This document shows positions 21,808-31,685 of a stretch of 64,000 nucleotides of DNA, in pieces. The position numbers and the translations under genes are program-made. Below the pieces are notes generated by a model that was given only the letters and a program-made list of their open reading frames with translations, was not told where the DNA came from and ran no database searches. This DNA comes from Diplonema japonicum (lineage: Eukaryota; Protista; Euglenozoa: Diplonemea): contig OZ025694.1 in the NCBI GenBank assembly GCA_964019335.1, forward strand, positions 124,001 through 188,000, given 5' to 3'. Positions within the stretch are counted from its first letter, which is position 1. The number at the start of each line of letters is the position of its first letter.

Positions 21808-24691
21808 ATGAAGCCGACGGAAACCACAATCGGTGGAGATAAGAAACCGGGTTTCTGTCAGAGCGTCAATCTCGCGATGACAAAAAACGCGCGGCTCAAC
21901 CTGCGTTCGCTGAAGACCCCCTCAGTTGTAATACTGCCCGCCTTGATAACGGCACTGCTTACTATTACCTTATCGTCCCAGAGCCTCGACGACAGCGAGC
22001 ACCTGGAGGAACATATTGATGTTGATTCATATTTCCGTCCATGGATGTGCACGCGACACAACAAGGCAGAGCCTGCAGGGTACGCTCTCTGCGCGGATAA
22101 CCCGCCGGAGTGGCACTGCCTGGGCAACCTCTGCTTGAACAGCTCCGTCTCCGACATCAAGACCCTCAACACCGTCCTTCGTCCATGGTTCGGGATGACG
22201 AGCTCCTCCACCGTCCCGTCCTTCGACGTCGTAGCGCTGTGGAGACACTTTGCGCAGATGATGAAGCTCCCTGGCGAGAGCAGAGAAGGCGTCAGCCTCC
22301 CCAATGCACTTCGGTCAGGAAAAAACATCAGCGTGCATGGGGATCCTACACTAGTTGCGAAGTTTGATGACTGGTTCATGAAAAACTCTTACACGTACCA
22401 GTTCGTTCGGTCGTTGAAGTTTTCCACAGAAAAGGAAGCAACGGAGTACGCGACCTCCCGTGCAGGGTTGAGCAAGATGTGGGCGGTGGTTGTGCTGAAC
22501 GGCCCTGCCGATTACACTATCCGGATGAACAGTACGTCTACACCCTCCACTGCTGCTTCCACCGCTTCCGGGAAAGGGTTTAATGAACAGTTTCGCGCGT
22601 ACCTCGGTGGGGGGTTTCTGACCATCCAGAGCCTCATCAACCGCAACCTCACAGGGACCGACGCCTCTGACGAGCCCCTCCTCGTTCCCATGCCCGTGCG
22701 GGGATACCGCACCGACACCTTCATGTCGGGTGTTGGTGGACTGTTGCCAATGGTGTTGACGCTGGCATTTGTATACTCCTTCACACAGTTTGTGTCAGAC
22801 ATCGTGAGGGAAAAGGAGATGGGCACCCGTGAAGCGATGCGTGTCGTGGGGTTGCCCGCTTCGGTTTTTAATATTTCCTGGCTCTTCACTGGGATGATTC
22901 AGATGGTGCTCGCTGGCTTTCTTGCCGCTGCCGTGGTGGCCGCCTCCTTCCCGAGCGAAACGAGCTGTTGCCTCACCCTCGTTCTGTTCATAAGCTACGG
23001 GCTGTCGTTGGCGGCGGCCGGGGTCCTGTTATCGGTGCTGTTTTCTAAGGCGTCGCATGCGGGCCTCGTGAGCCCTGTGGTGTACCTCATGAGCACGATA
23101 CCCTCATTCATCGTGAGTGACCCTTCCATGTTGACGCAGTACAGCATGTCCTGCTGCAGCACTTACGCCTTCGGGCGGGCACTGGCACTGCTCTTTAACA
23201 CGGCAGAGAACGGCAACACGACGGAGGAGGAAGCGTCGTACTCGGTGATGGCCGCGCTGGCCTGTATTTGGTGCGACACGGTTCTGTACCTCCTGCTGGC
23301 CGTGTGGCTGGATGAACATCAAAACCTTGACAACTACGTTCCCTTCGACTTCAGCTGGAACAACGCCCTATGGGACAACATGACATGCTCTGAGCACTTG
23401 CGCTACTACGCTTCTCTCGAGGGAGTGCACAGCACGGAGCTGGATGACCACGTAGACGGCATCCTGGAGAGGCTAGGGATGGGGGGTGACAAGGACACTT
23501 ATTCCGCGGCGCTGTCAACTGAAATGAGACACAAGCTGGGTGTAGGGGTCTCACAGATGGGAAGCTCGAAATTGGATGTTGAGCTGCAACCGACGGCAGC
23601 CTCCGAACCGGACCTTGCAAACATAAACCCCACGCAGCAAGAGGTGGAAGACACCCACACTGCTGCCTTCCAAGTACTGCTGCCTGCTATCGTAGTGCTG
23701 TACACACTGCTATTGGTCACTCTATCTAATGCAGATCTTCCACCTTTGGAACTCGTTAAGTACGAAAGGAACTCAATCTTTCCGGTGTCGGCCCACAGCA
23801 TGTACGCTGAGGAAGGAACAATCCAAGGTGTGGAACCGATGCCAGGTGTGTACAAAAGCGCTGCCGACATGAGCAAGTACTTGCTTCACAGGGACAGCAC
23901 CGTTAGTTGCTGGCAGGCACTGTTCCAAGCAGATGATAATAATACGCAAACGGCGTTTTTCAATACAAGCAGTCTGCACAGCCTGCCCATCATGCTGAAT
24001 GGGTACGCCTCCATGCGGTACCGGCAGCGTTGGCACAACGAAAGCATCCGTATCGTGAACCACCCTCTCCCACACGGTGACACAGAACACGGGACGGTCA
24101 TGTTGGCAATGATGGTGGCGGTGTGTGTTGTGCTGCCCTTGTGCATTGTACCAGCAAGCTTCGCGGCACATGGATTGAAGGCTGAGTTCTGGCCGTCAGG
24201 TTTCTCCAGACACGTGCTTATATCTGCTGCGTCATCCTTTCTCGTTGTAACGATATTCTTCATGTTCGGACGAGTTGAATACACAGGGAGCTTGGAGGCG
24301 TACTGTGCTATCGTGTTGTTGTTGTCCTTGTACGGGTTGGTCTCGTTGCTGATGGCGTGCGTTGTGTCTTGTTTCAGGGGGCAGGACGTGATGTTGCTGG
24401 TGAATGTGGTGTCGGGTTTCGTGCTGCCCGTTGCAGTCACAATGCTGCGGATGATTGATTCAGCGCCACAGGCAGTGCTTGTAATGCAGTTTGTACTTCG
24501 TGTAGTGCCAGCATTCTGCCTTGGGGATGGTGTCCTCGCGATGGTTTTGCAGCCAGCAGCCCCTCTCTCCATGGAAGTGGTGGGATGGGATGCTGTTGCA
24601 CTGTGTGTGATGCTCCCCTTGTTTGCTGTTCTCGCCTTTCGCATATCGGAAGATCGTAGTCGTAGTAAAATGGGCGAAGAATTCGATGTTT

Positions 24692-24693
<2 letters not shown>
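21808..24693 (+). CDS. ABCA-family-derived membrane protein lacking functional nucleotide-binding domains
   Basis: ABCA hallmarks (GFLTIQ, IVREKEMGTREAMRVVGL, SLHSLPIMLN, NHPLP, PAFCLGDG). Only an NBD1 fragment with degenerate signature LSTEMRHKL; no Walker A/B; no NBD2. Confidence 0.8.
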
Positions 24694-24726
<33 letters not shown>

Positions 24727-24951
24727 TGAAGAAAATATTTTTTAAAAAGAAAGAAAAAAAAAAAGAAAACCGACTTGCTTCCTTCCTCTCTCTCTACCCC
24801 CCCTTGTTTTTTTTTCAAATGGAGATTGTGGAAAACAATCAAAGAATGCGTTAACCTCTTATCGAGTACACCCCCAACACAGCCATTTTCTCAGTTTGTC
24901 AAAAGAAAAGGGGGGAATGGATTCAAATTGTGTGGCGTTCTCTTTTTTGTC

Positions 24952-24991
24952 AGGTGTCCTGCCACACACTGCAGGTACACTTAAATGTCTC
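24952..24991. repeat. 40-nt hairpin element (copy B)
   Basis: AGGTGTCCTGCCACACACTGCAGGTACACTTAAATGTCTC followed by a T-tract. Confidence 0.8.
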
Positions 24992-25190
24992 TTTTTCTTT
25001 TTTTTTTTTTCTCTCCATTTCTTTGCGCCAAGGAGGTGAGGCGTAACGTAGTACCCACGAAAAGCATGATGACTCCCTTAAGGTGGTCAACTGCTTTCAT
25101 CTGCTGGAAGGAAAGATGCGCGGAATGGATAATGGGATTCCCTCTTTGTCCCTGCCTAGTATCTGCAGTCTTTTCCAATAGCATCCCCCT

Positions 25191-25222
<32 letters not shown>

Positions 25223-25240
25223 GTCTCTCTGTTGAAAAAA

Positions 25241-26420
25241 AATAACTATTTATTGCCAACAAATTATGAGTCATTATTTAACTCGAGTTCCCGAATTTTT
25301 TGCACGAGGGCCAGCAGGGCCCGAGTGCAAAAAAACGGGTAACGAGAGTTAAATAATGGCTCATTTGGCGGCAAGTAAGTCGTTTTATTTCACTCTTCGT
25401 CATTTGAGTCACTCACTCTTCACTGCTTTCACTGCTGTTTTTTTTCACGCAGGTCAGCCTTTTTGGGGAGTTTCCTAAGGTAATATGGGGTTGCTATTTC
25501 GCCGTGGCATTTAAAGGGGAAGTAAGGCACTTATTCCCACTTTTAAGGGCTGGAATGGCCTCAGATGGCCAAAAATAGTCAAAATACGCCCACCCCAAAA
25601 AAGTTTTTTCAAGGGGTTGGTGCATTTTTTTCCACGGCGAGACTCATTTTTCCACTCTGAAGGGCCATTATTTCACTCTGAAGGGCCATTATTTAACTGC
25701 AAAATCTCATTATTTAACTAGTTAAATAATGGCGATTTCGCGTTAAATAATGGCCGTTTCGCGTTAAATAATGGTCATTTCGCGTTAAATAATGAGGCCC
25801 CTAGTGAGTGAAGAAAATGACGAAGAGTGAAATAAAAAAAAAAAAAATAACTATTTATTGCCAACAAATAATGAGTCATTATTTAACTCGAGTTCCCGAA
25901 TTTTTTGCACGAGGGCCCGCAGGGCCCGAGTGCAAAAAAACGGGTAACGAGTGTTAAATAATGGCTCATTTGGCGGCAAGTAAGTCGTTTTATTTCACTC
26001 TTCGTCATTTGAGTCACTCACTCTTCACTGCTTTCACTGCTGTTTTTTTTCACGCAGGTCAGCTTTTTGGGGATTTTCCTAAGGTAATACAGGGTAGCTA
26101 TTTCGCCGTGGCATTTAAAGGGGAAGTAAGGCACTTATTCCCACTTTTAAGGGCTGGAATGGCCTCAGATGGCCAAAAATAGTCAAAATACCCCCACCCC
26201 AAAAAAATTTTTCAAGGGGTTGGGTGCATTTTTTTCCACGACAAGACCCATTTTTTCACTCTGAAGGGCCATTATTTAACTGCAAAATCTCATTATTTAA
26301 CTAGTTAAATAATGGCGATTTCGCGTTAAATAATGGCCGTTTCGCGTTAAATAATGGCCATTTCGCGTTAAATAATGAGGCCCCTAGTGAGTGAAGAAAA
26401 TGACGAAGAGTGAAATAAAA
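25241..26420. mobile_element. Tandem head-to-tail dimer of a ~590-bp non-autonomous Crypton-like hairpin element
   Basis: Units ~25241-25836 and ~25846-26420. Long 5' hairpin centred on GAGGGCC(C/A)GCAGGGCCCGAG; internal TTTTATTTCACTCTTCGTCATT is complementary to the 3' terminus; repeated GTTAAATAATG motifs. Confidence 0.65.
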
Positions 26421-26478
26421 AAAAAAAAAACGAAGAACAAAAGAATTATTGTTTCTTTTTTTTTTTTTTTTTGTTTTC

Positions 26479-26509
<31 letters not shown>

Positions 26510-26817
26510 CAGGGCACGGCCAACACCGGCCTCCTTTGACTTACATATATTCCTTTTTTTTTTTGTTTTTTTCCAAGAGAAGCAGTAGCATTTCTCTCTT
26601 GTTTTGGCTTTTCCACAGGTACTAACAGGCAACCTTTTCTGTATTGTTTTTTTTTTTTTTGGGTACTCCGGGGATCGAATCATATGAGCAGGGAGGCTCG
26701 CGGACAGAAATCTGTCGCAGACCTCGAAACCCGACCCCCCCAGAACGGGAATAATGGGACCCAAGCACAGCTCGGCCGTGTGCACGATTATGCATACCTT
26801 AAGTTTTTTTTGTAAGC

Positions 26818-26855
26818 AGGCGTCCTGTCACATACCGCAGGTACCCTTAAATGTT

Positions 26856-26857
<2 letters not shown>
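26818..26857. repeat. 40-nt hairpin element (copy C)
   Basis: AGGCGTCCTGTCACATACCGCAGGTACCCTTAAATGTTTC followed by a long T-tract. Confidence 0.85.
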
Positions 26858-26897
<40 letters not shown>

Positions 26898-27306
26898 TTC
26901 TTTTTTTTCTCTTTTTTTTTTTTTTTTCCCCCTTCAGCGCTTCTCCTTAAGAAGAAAAAAAAAGAAGAAAAAAAAAGAAACAAGCGGCTCCACAAAGCCG
27001 AACAAGGCTACACTGATGCACATCCGAGGGTAGTGAAAAATGGGGGGGTATATTCTAAGAAATATCCCACAAAAAAACTGCCCAGTCATCATGTGGCCAT
27101 ATACAAAACGATATCTATCGTCTTTTTTTTTTTTTTTTTTTTTTTTTGAGCAACATACTTGTAGTTAATGCCAGCTGTGCAAACAAAGCGAAGGGGGGGA
27201 CAGGTTACGAATGAAGAAAAAAAAGAAAATACATCACCGCTGGCCTTAGAAAGTATCAAGACTGCGGATGAGGGCGATTTATTTTCGCTTCTTCTATTGA
27301 AATATT

Positions 27307-27461
27307 TGAGCTCGTCTGGAAAAAAAAGTTCTAAAAAAGCAAAATAATTTTGTACTTCAAAAGAAAGAACGGCAACAGGTACACCATATATGTCATCTTG
27401 CATGCTGCCCTTTTTTTTTTTTTTTTTTTTTTTGCTCAAACAAGAAGATTTGACGAGCTCA
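27307..27461. mobile_element. Degenerate short derivative of the 3690-4096 MITE family
   Basis: TGAGCTCGTCTGGAAAAAAAAG ... GACGAGCTCA ends. Confidence 0.5.
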
Positions 27462-29294
27462 TGTAAAAAAGAAAAGATAAAAAAAAAAGAATTTTTGTTT
27501 GGCAGTGCACAACAAAAAAAAAAGATGTCAAAAACTGATCTGAAAAAGGTCAAGTGGGGGTATCGGCGACGACCTTTCGACCTTTTTGTTTACTTGTTTC
27601 TTTTTTTTTGGGGGGGGGGAAACAGAAAGACTTATGGCCTCTGGGTCTTGAGCCGCACTCCCAACAGTTTGTGATATCACCACCCTGACATGAAGCCCCC
27701 TTTTAAAATGTCGGTGTTGCTGCATAGGGTGTGTGTTTTAGCCGACTAGCAGTACAAAGGGAAGGCCAGTTCTCAACGGCAAGCGGAATTAGTCAACATG
27801 GCCGGGGCAAGTGCATTTTTAAAAGCATGTTAAAAGACACTTTTTTTTATCTTTAATCTTTTATTTTTTTTTTTTTTATTTTCTTAAGGGTATACATTTG
27901 AAAATAAAATTAAACCTGTGCCAGATGAAAACGTATTGGCGGCGGGCAGCAAGATACCACCGCTTGTATCGAAAGATAACACCGGACCAAGTAGGCCTGT
28001 TTTGGTTATTGTTTGCAGCTGTGAATGCTAGGTGACGTGTTTAAAACTAGGAGGAAAAATACCCACTCCCCTGCCACGAGGCAAAGGCTGGTCTTTGTAA
28101 AAGCGGCCTTTAACTGTGTAGCACTAAACGGTTAACAATCTGGGTTTTCTTTTCATTTTCTTTTTTAGCGTTTTACCGGCTGGTGTGCACCGTGGTGATG
28201 TTTCCGATTCCCCCCCCATTATTCGCAGGACCTTCATTAATTGCATGGGGTTTTGAAAGTTCATCATAATCTTAAGCAAGAATAGACCCCCTCAAAGCAC
28301 GAGCAACAAATAAAAAAAAAAAAAAAAGAAGAAGAAAATAAAAAAAGAACAAAGGAGAATATTTGATCTTTTTTTCATCCCCCCCCCCTTTTTCTTTTTC
28401 TCTTTTTTTCTTTTTTTTTCTCTTCTCAACGCAAGGGCAGTGCTTTTCGATGAATGAGATGATGAGAAGAACTGCCTTTGATTTTTTTTTCTCTCCCTGG
28501 CCTGATTCAATTATAATTTTTTTTTTGGGGGCAGCAAGACCTTTGGCCTGGTCTAGGTGTATAACGACACTTCCCCTTAAGCTAGTCATTCTATGGAAAG
28601 TGCTCACCCAAAGCACCGCCAGCCATTCTTTTTATACCTTCAGAAAGTGATTTTATAACAACATGCAACTTATGCCGAGCAAAAAAAAGAAAAAAAAAAA
28701 AAAAAAAAAAAGACTTTATTACCGTATGCAAAATTTGTGCCTGAGCAAAAACTACGGGACTTCAGCACTTCTCGGTGTGGATCAGCTTGTGGACCCGCTT
28801 TATGTTGCTTCCCTTCGTTGGAGCCCCTGTTCAATAAGGAGGGGTTGTAGTTTTACATTTTCTGTCCCTCTCATTCCCGTATGTGCCACGAAGGAACAAA
28901 ACTATCTTTCGTATATTTTATTTTGTGACATGTGCCGATATTCGTTTTCTCTCTCCCGTTTTCTCCCTCTTTTTTTTTTTTTTTTTTTTTCAGGTGGTGG
29001 GGATAACATGGAAATATAAAGAAGTACATCAGATGTGTTGTTCGCTGTTGACCAGAAGAAGCAGATGCTCTGGGTGGCGAACAGGCAGCAAACTACACGG
29101 GCTCAGAATCTTGGTTACCCGGGGCGCCCCGGCTGGGGTTGAGCTGCACACCGCACGCATTAAGGACACGACGCGGAACGCAGAAGAAGCTACAGCTAGG
29201 CCGAGGTGCGCCCCCTGTAATCAAGTAAATGGTGCTTGTGCAGGGTGCCCCCACCGACTTCCTTTAAATCATCGAGTTTTTTATTTATTTTTTC

Positions 29295-29335
29295 AGGCGT
29301 CCTGTCACATACACGCAGGTACCCTTAAATGTCTC
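29295..29335. repeat. 40-nt hairpin element (copy D)
   Basis: AGGCGTCCTGTCACATACACGCAGGTACCCTTAAATGTCTC followed by a T-tract. Confidence 0.85.
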
Positions 29336-30261
29336 TCTTTTTTTTTTTTTTTTTTTTTCCCTCCCAACTCACATTATTTTGTATTGGTATCAAACCAATG
29401 GCAATAAGAAATAACAAGGAAGGGGAAACTGGAAAAAAAAAAAAAGGAACTTTTTTTTTTCTCTTTCCTTCCTTTTTTTCTTTTCTTTTTTTTTTCTTCT
29501 TTTTTTTTTTCTTTGCACCTTGTTTCTGACTCTTACATCACCTATCTTCCTTTTACATTAAACCCTTAAAACGACGGGAGGCGGAGGAGGAGGGGGAGAC
29601 CCAACAAAAACTAACTTTTTTTCACACTCTTTAGCCTGACTCGAGAATTAGACTCTGTGACTTCAGGTGTTCTCACCAATCGCTCCACAGGCGGTGTACA
29701 CACTGCCGCGGCGCTCCGAACACCCGAGAAGTCTATAAGTTACGGTTCGGACGTCGGCTTGCAAGCGAGCGGGTGGCTGCCCCCCCGAAAAAAAGGGGAG
29801 CAACAGCTGATACATCAGCTCCCGTCTTTTTAAGGGTTACTACCTTCCCCCCCCCCCCCCCCTCTATATTTTCTCTCCTGTGTAATTTCTTTTTTTTTTT
29901 CTTCAGTGTGATGTATCCATGGAGATCTGGTTAGCATGCTTCGTGAAATGTCTCATTTCTGAGTAACAATACCTGAGCTTTTTGTCAGCGAGAGCAAAAT
30001 AGTTGTCTTGTTGATGTCTCGCTGTCGGTAGTGGTATGGAACCCCTGCTGATAAAATGCGCAACCAGCACCCCAACGAGCGCTGCAGGTGAACATTTCGT
30101 TTTTGAATGGTTGCCAGAAAAGGAGCCTCCGCATGGGGGGAGTGTTCCTTTTTCGTTGTGTTTCTCTTTTCTAGCCCCTTCATTCCCCCTTCCCCTTCAT
30201 TCCCCCGACCGTCGATGATCGCACCGCACCAGTGTTCGCAAAACAACAACAAAAGAAAAAA

Positions 30262-31080
30262 ATGATGAGCAAGATGTTTCTGGGAGCGGGGATGAGGACG
30301 GCCCCTGTTGCGGCGTCTATGCTGTGCGGGAGGCAGCAGAGGAGCTTCTTCAGCGCCTCGTCTCAGAAGATGGCGCGGTTCGAGAAGCCGAAGGAGATGC
30401 AAGCCGTGGAGCAGCAGCAGCAGCAGGTGGCACAGAGGAGCGAGTACGACGCGTTGACACCCGAGGCGAGGAGGTACCTCGGGAGGGTGTACGGGGTGAC
30501 AGCGTCTGGGATGGTGACGCTGACTGCAGGGTCGTGCGCGATGCTGTTCACACCGCTTGGGCTGGCTGTCCCGTACTGGGCACCGATGGTGGCGTCGCTG
30601 GTTCCGATGATCGGGCTGTCGATGGGGTACGGGAAGACGCAGGGGAGGAAGCTGGGGATGTTCCACTCCTTCACGGGGCTGACAGGGATGGGCCTGGTAC
30701 CGGTGGTGGCGGCGGCGAAGTTCGGTGGGGTTCTGGCCCCTGCTGTGGGGCTCACGATGGCGACATACGCTGGTTTCTCTGCGGCGGCTTTGATGGCGCC
30801 TGCAGGGTCGTCGGTCAAGATGCAGGGCCCGCTCATCGCAGGGCTGCTGGGGCTCATCGGGGTGCAGCTTGTGTCCCTCTTCTACCCGACCCCCCTTGCC
30901 ACCCAGCTCATCATGTACGGCGGCCTCGCAATCTTCTCCCTCCTCGTCGCCTCCGACACAGGCGCCATGATCGAGCGTGCCAACGCAGGCCAAACCGACG
31001 TCGTCATGGATGCCATCAACGGGGTCCTCAACCTCGTCAACATCTTCGTCAGGATGGTCCACATGCTTAGGAGCGACTGA
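30262..31080 (+). CDS. Bax inhibitor-1/TMBIM family protein (GHITM/MICS1-like, mitochondrial), copy 1
   Basis: Transit-peptide-like N-terminus; YLGRVY, YGGLAIFS..ASDT, LNLVNIFVRM motifs; multiple TM helices. Confidence 0.88.
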   Translation: MMSKMFLGAGMRTAPVAASMLCGRQQRSFFSASSQKMARFEKPKEMQAVEQQQQQVAQRSEYDALTPEARRYLGRVYGVTASGMVTLTAGSCAMLFTPLGLAVPYWAPMVASLVPMIGLSMGYGKTQGRKLGMFHSFTGLTGMGLVPVVAAAKFGGVLAPAVGLTMATYAGFSAAALMAPAGSSVKMQGPLIAGLLGLIGVQLVSLFYPTPLATQLIMYGGLAIFSLLVASDTGAMIERANAGQTDVVMDAINGVLNLVNIFVRMVHMLRSD

Positions 31081-31685
31081 GGGCCTAACTCTTTGTTGGA
31101 TAAAGCTTGGACCTATTTGAGTCCAATAAAAAGAGAAGGAATAAAAAGTGTGTCCCAGTAAAAAGGACACGCAGCCTCTTTTTTTTCTCTTTTTGCTTCT
31201 TTTTTTTTTTTTTTTTTGATCCAAATGCAATAGGTTTTACATTGTCTTTTCTGTTTCTCGCACTTCCTTGCTCGAGCGAAAAAAGCAAAATGACGACGAG
31301 TTCAGAATTATTATTCTTGGTTTTTTTTTTCCTCCCCCCCCCACAAAACTTATTTTTTTCAAAAAAAAGAAATTGATATGTGCCTTTAGCAGTTCGTTCT
31401 AAATATTTTTTTACTCGAACCAACGTAGACGTAAGTCATAAATAGTTATCCCCCTTGAGCCACAACACCTGTGCTATTGATGTAGCAATTATCACCAAAA
31501 AAAAAGGAAAGTTGCAAGAAGAAAAGGGGGGGAAACAACCGAAAATATGTCGCTGTTGCATCGCCTACTTTTTCTTTTTCTTTTAGTTTTTTTCTTCTTT
31601 TTTTTTTTTTTTCCCTTCTCTCGTATCTTGCCCCACGTTTCTATCTGCAAGGGAATGCCCTCCCTTTCTTCCTTTTTCTTTCATA

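Noticed and set aside
26670-26745. tRNA/SINE-like segment (B-box-like GATTCGATCCCC on the minus strand)
   Set aside because: Cannot be folded into a cloverleaf; single copy here
29907-29963. Possible C/D box snoRNA (GTGATGT...CTGA)
   Set aside because: Imperfect C box, short, and no rRNA-complementary guide that I could recognise
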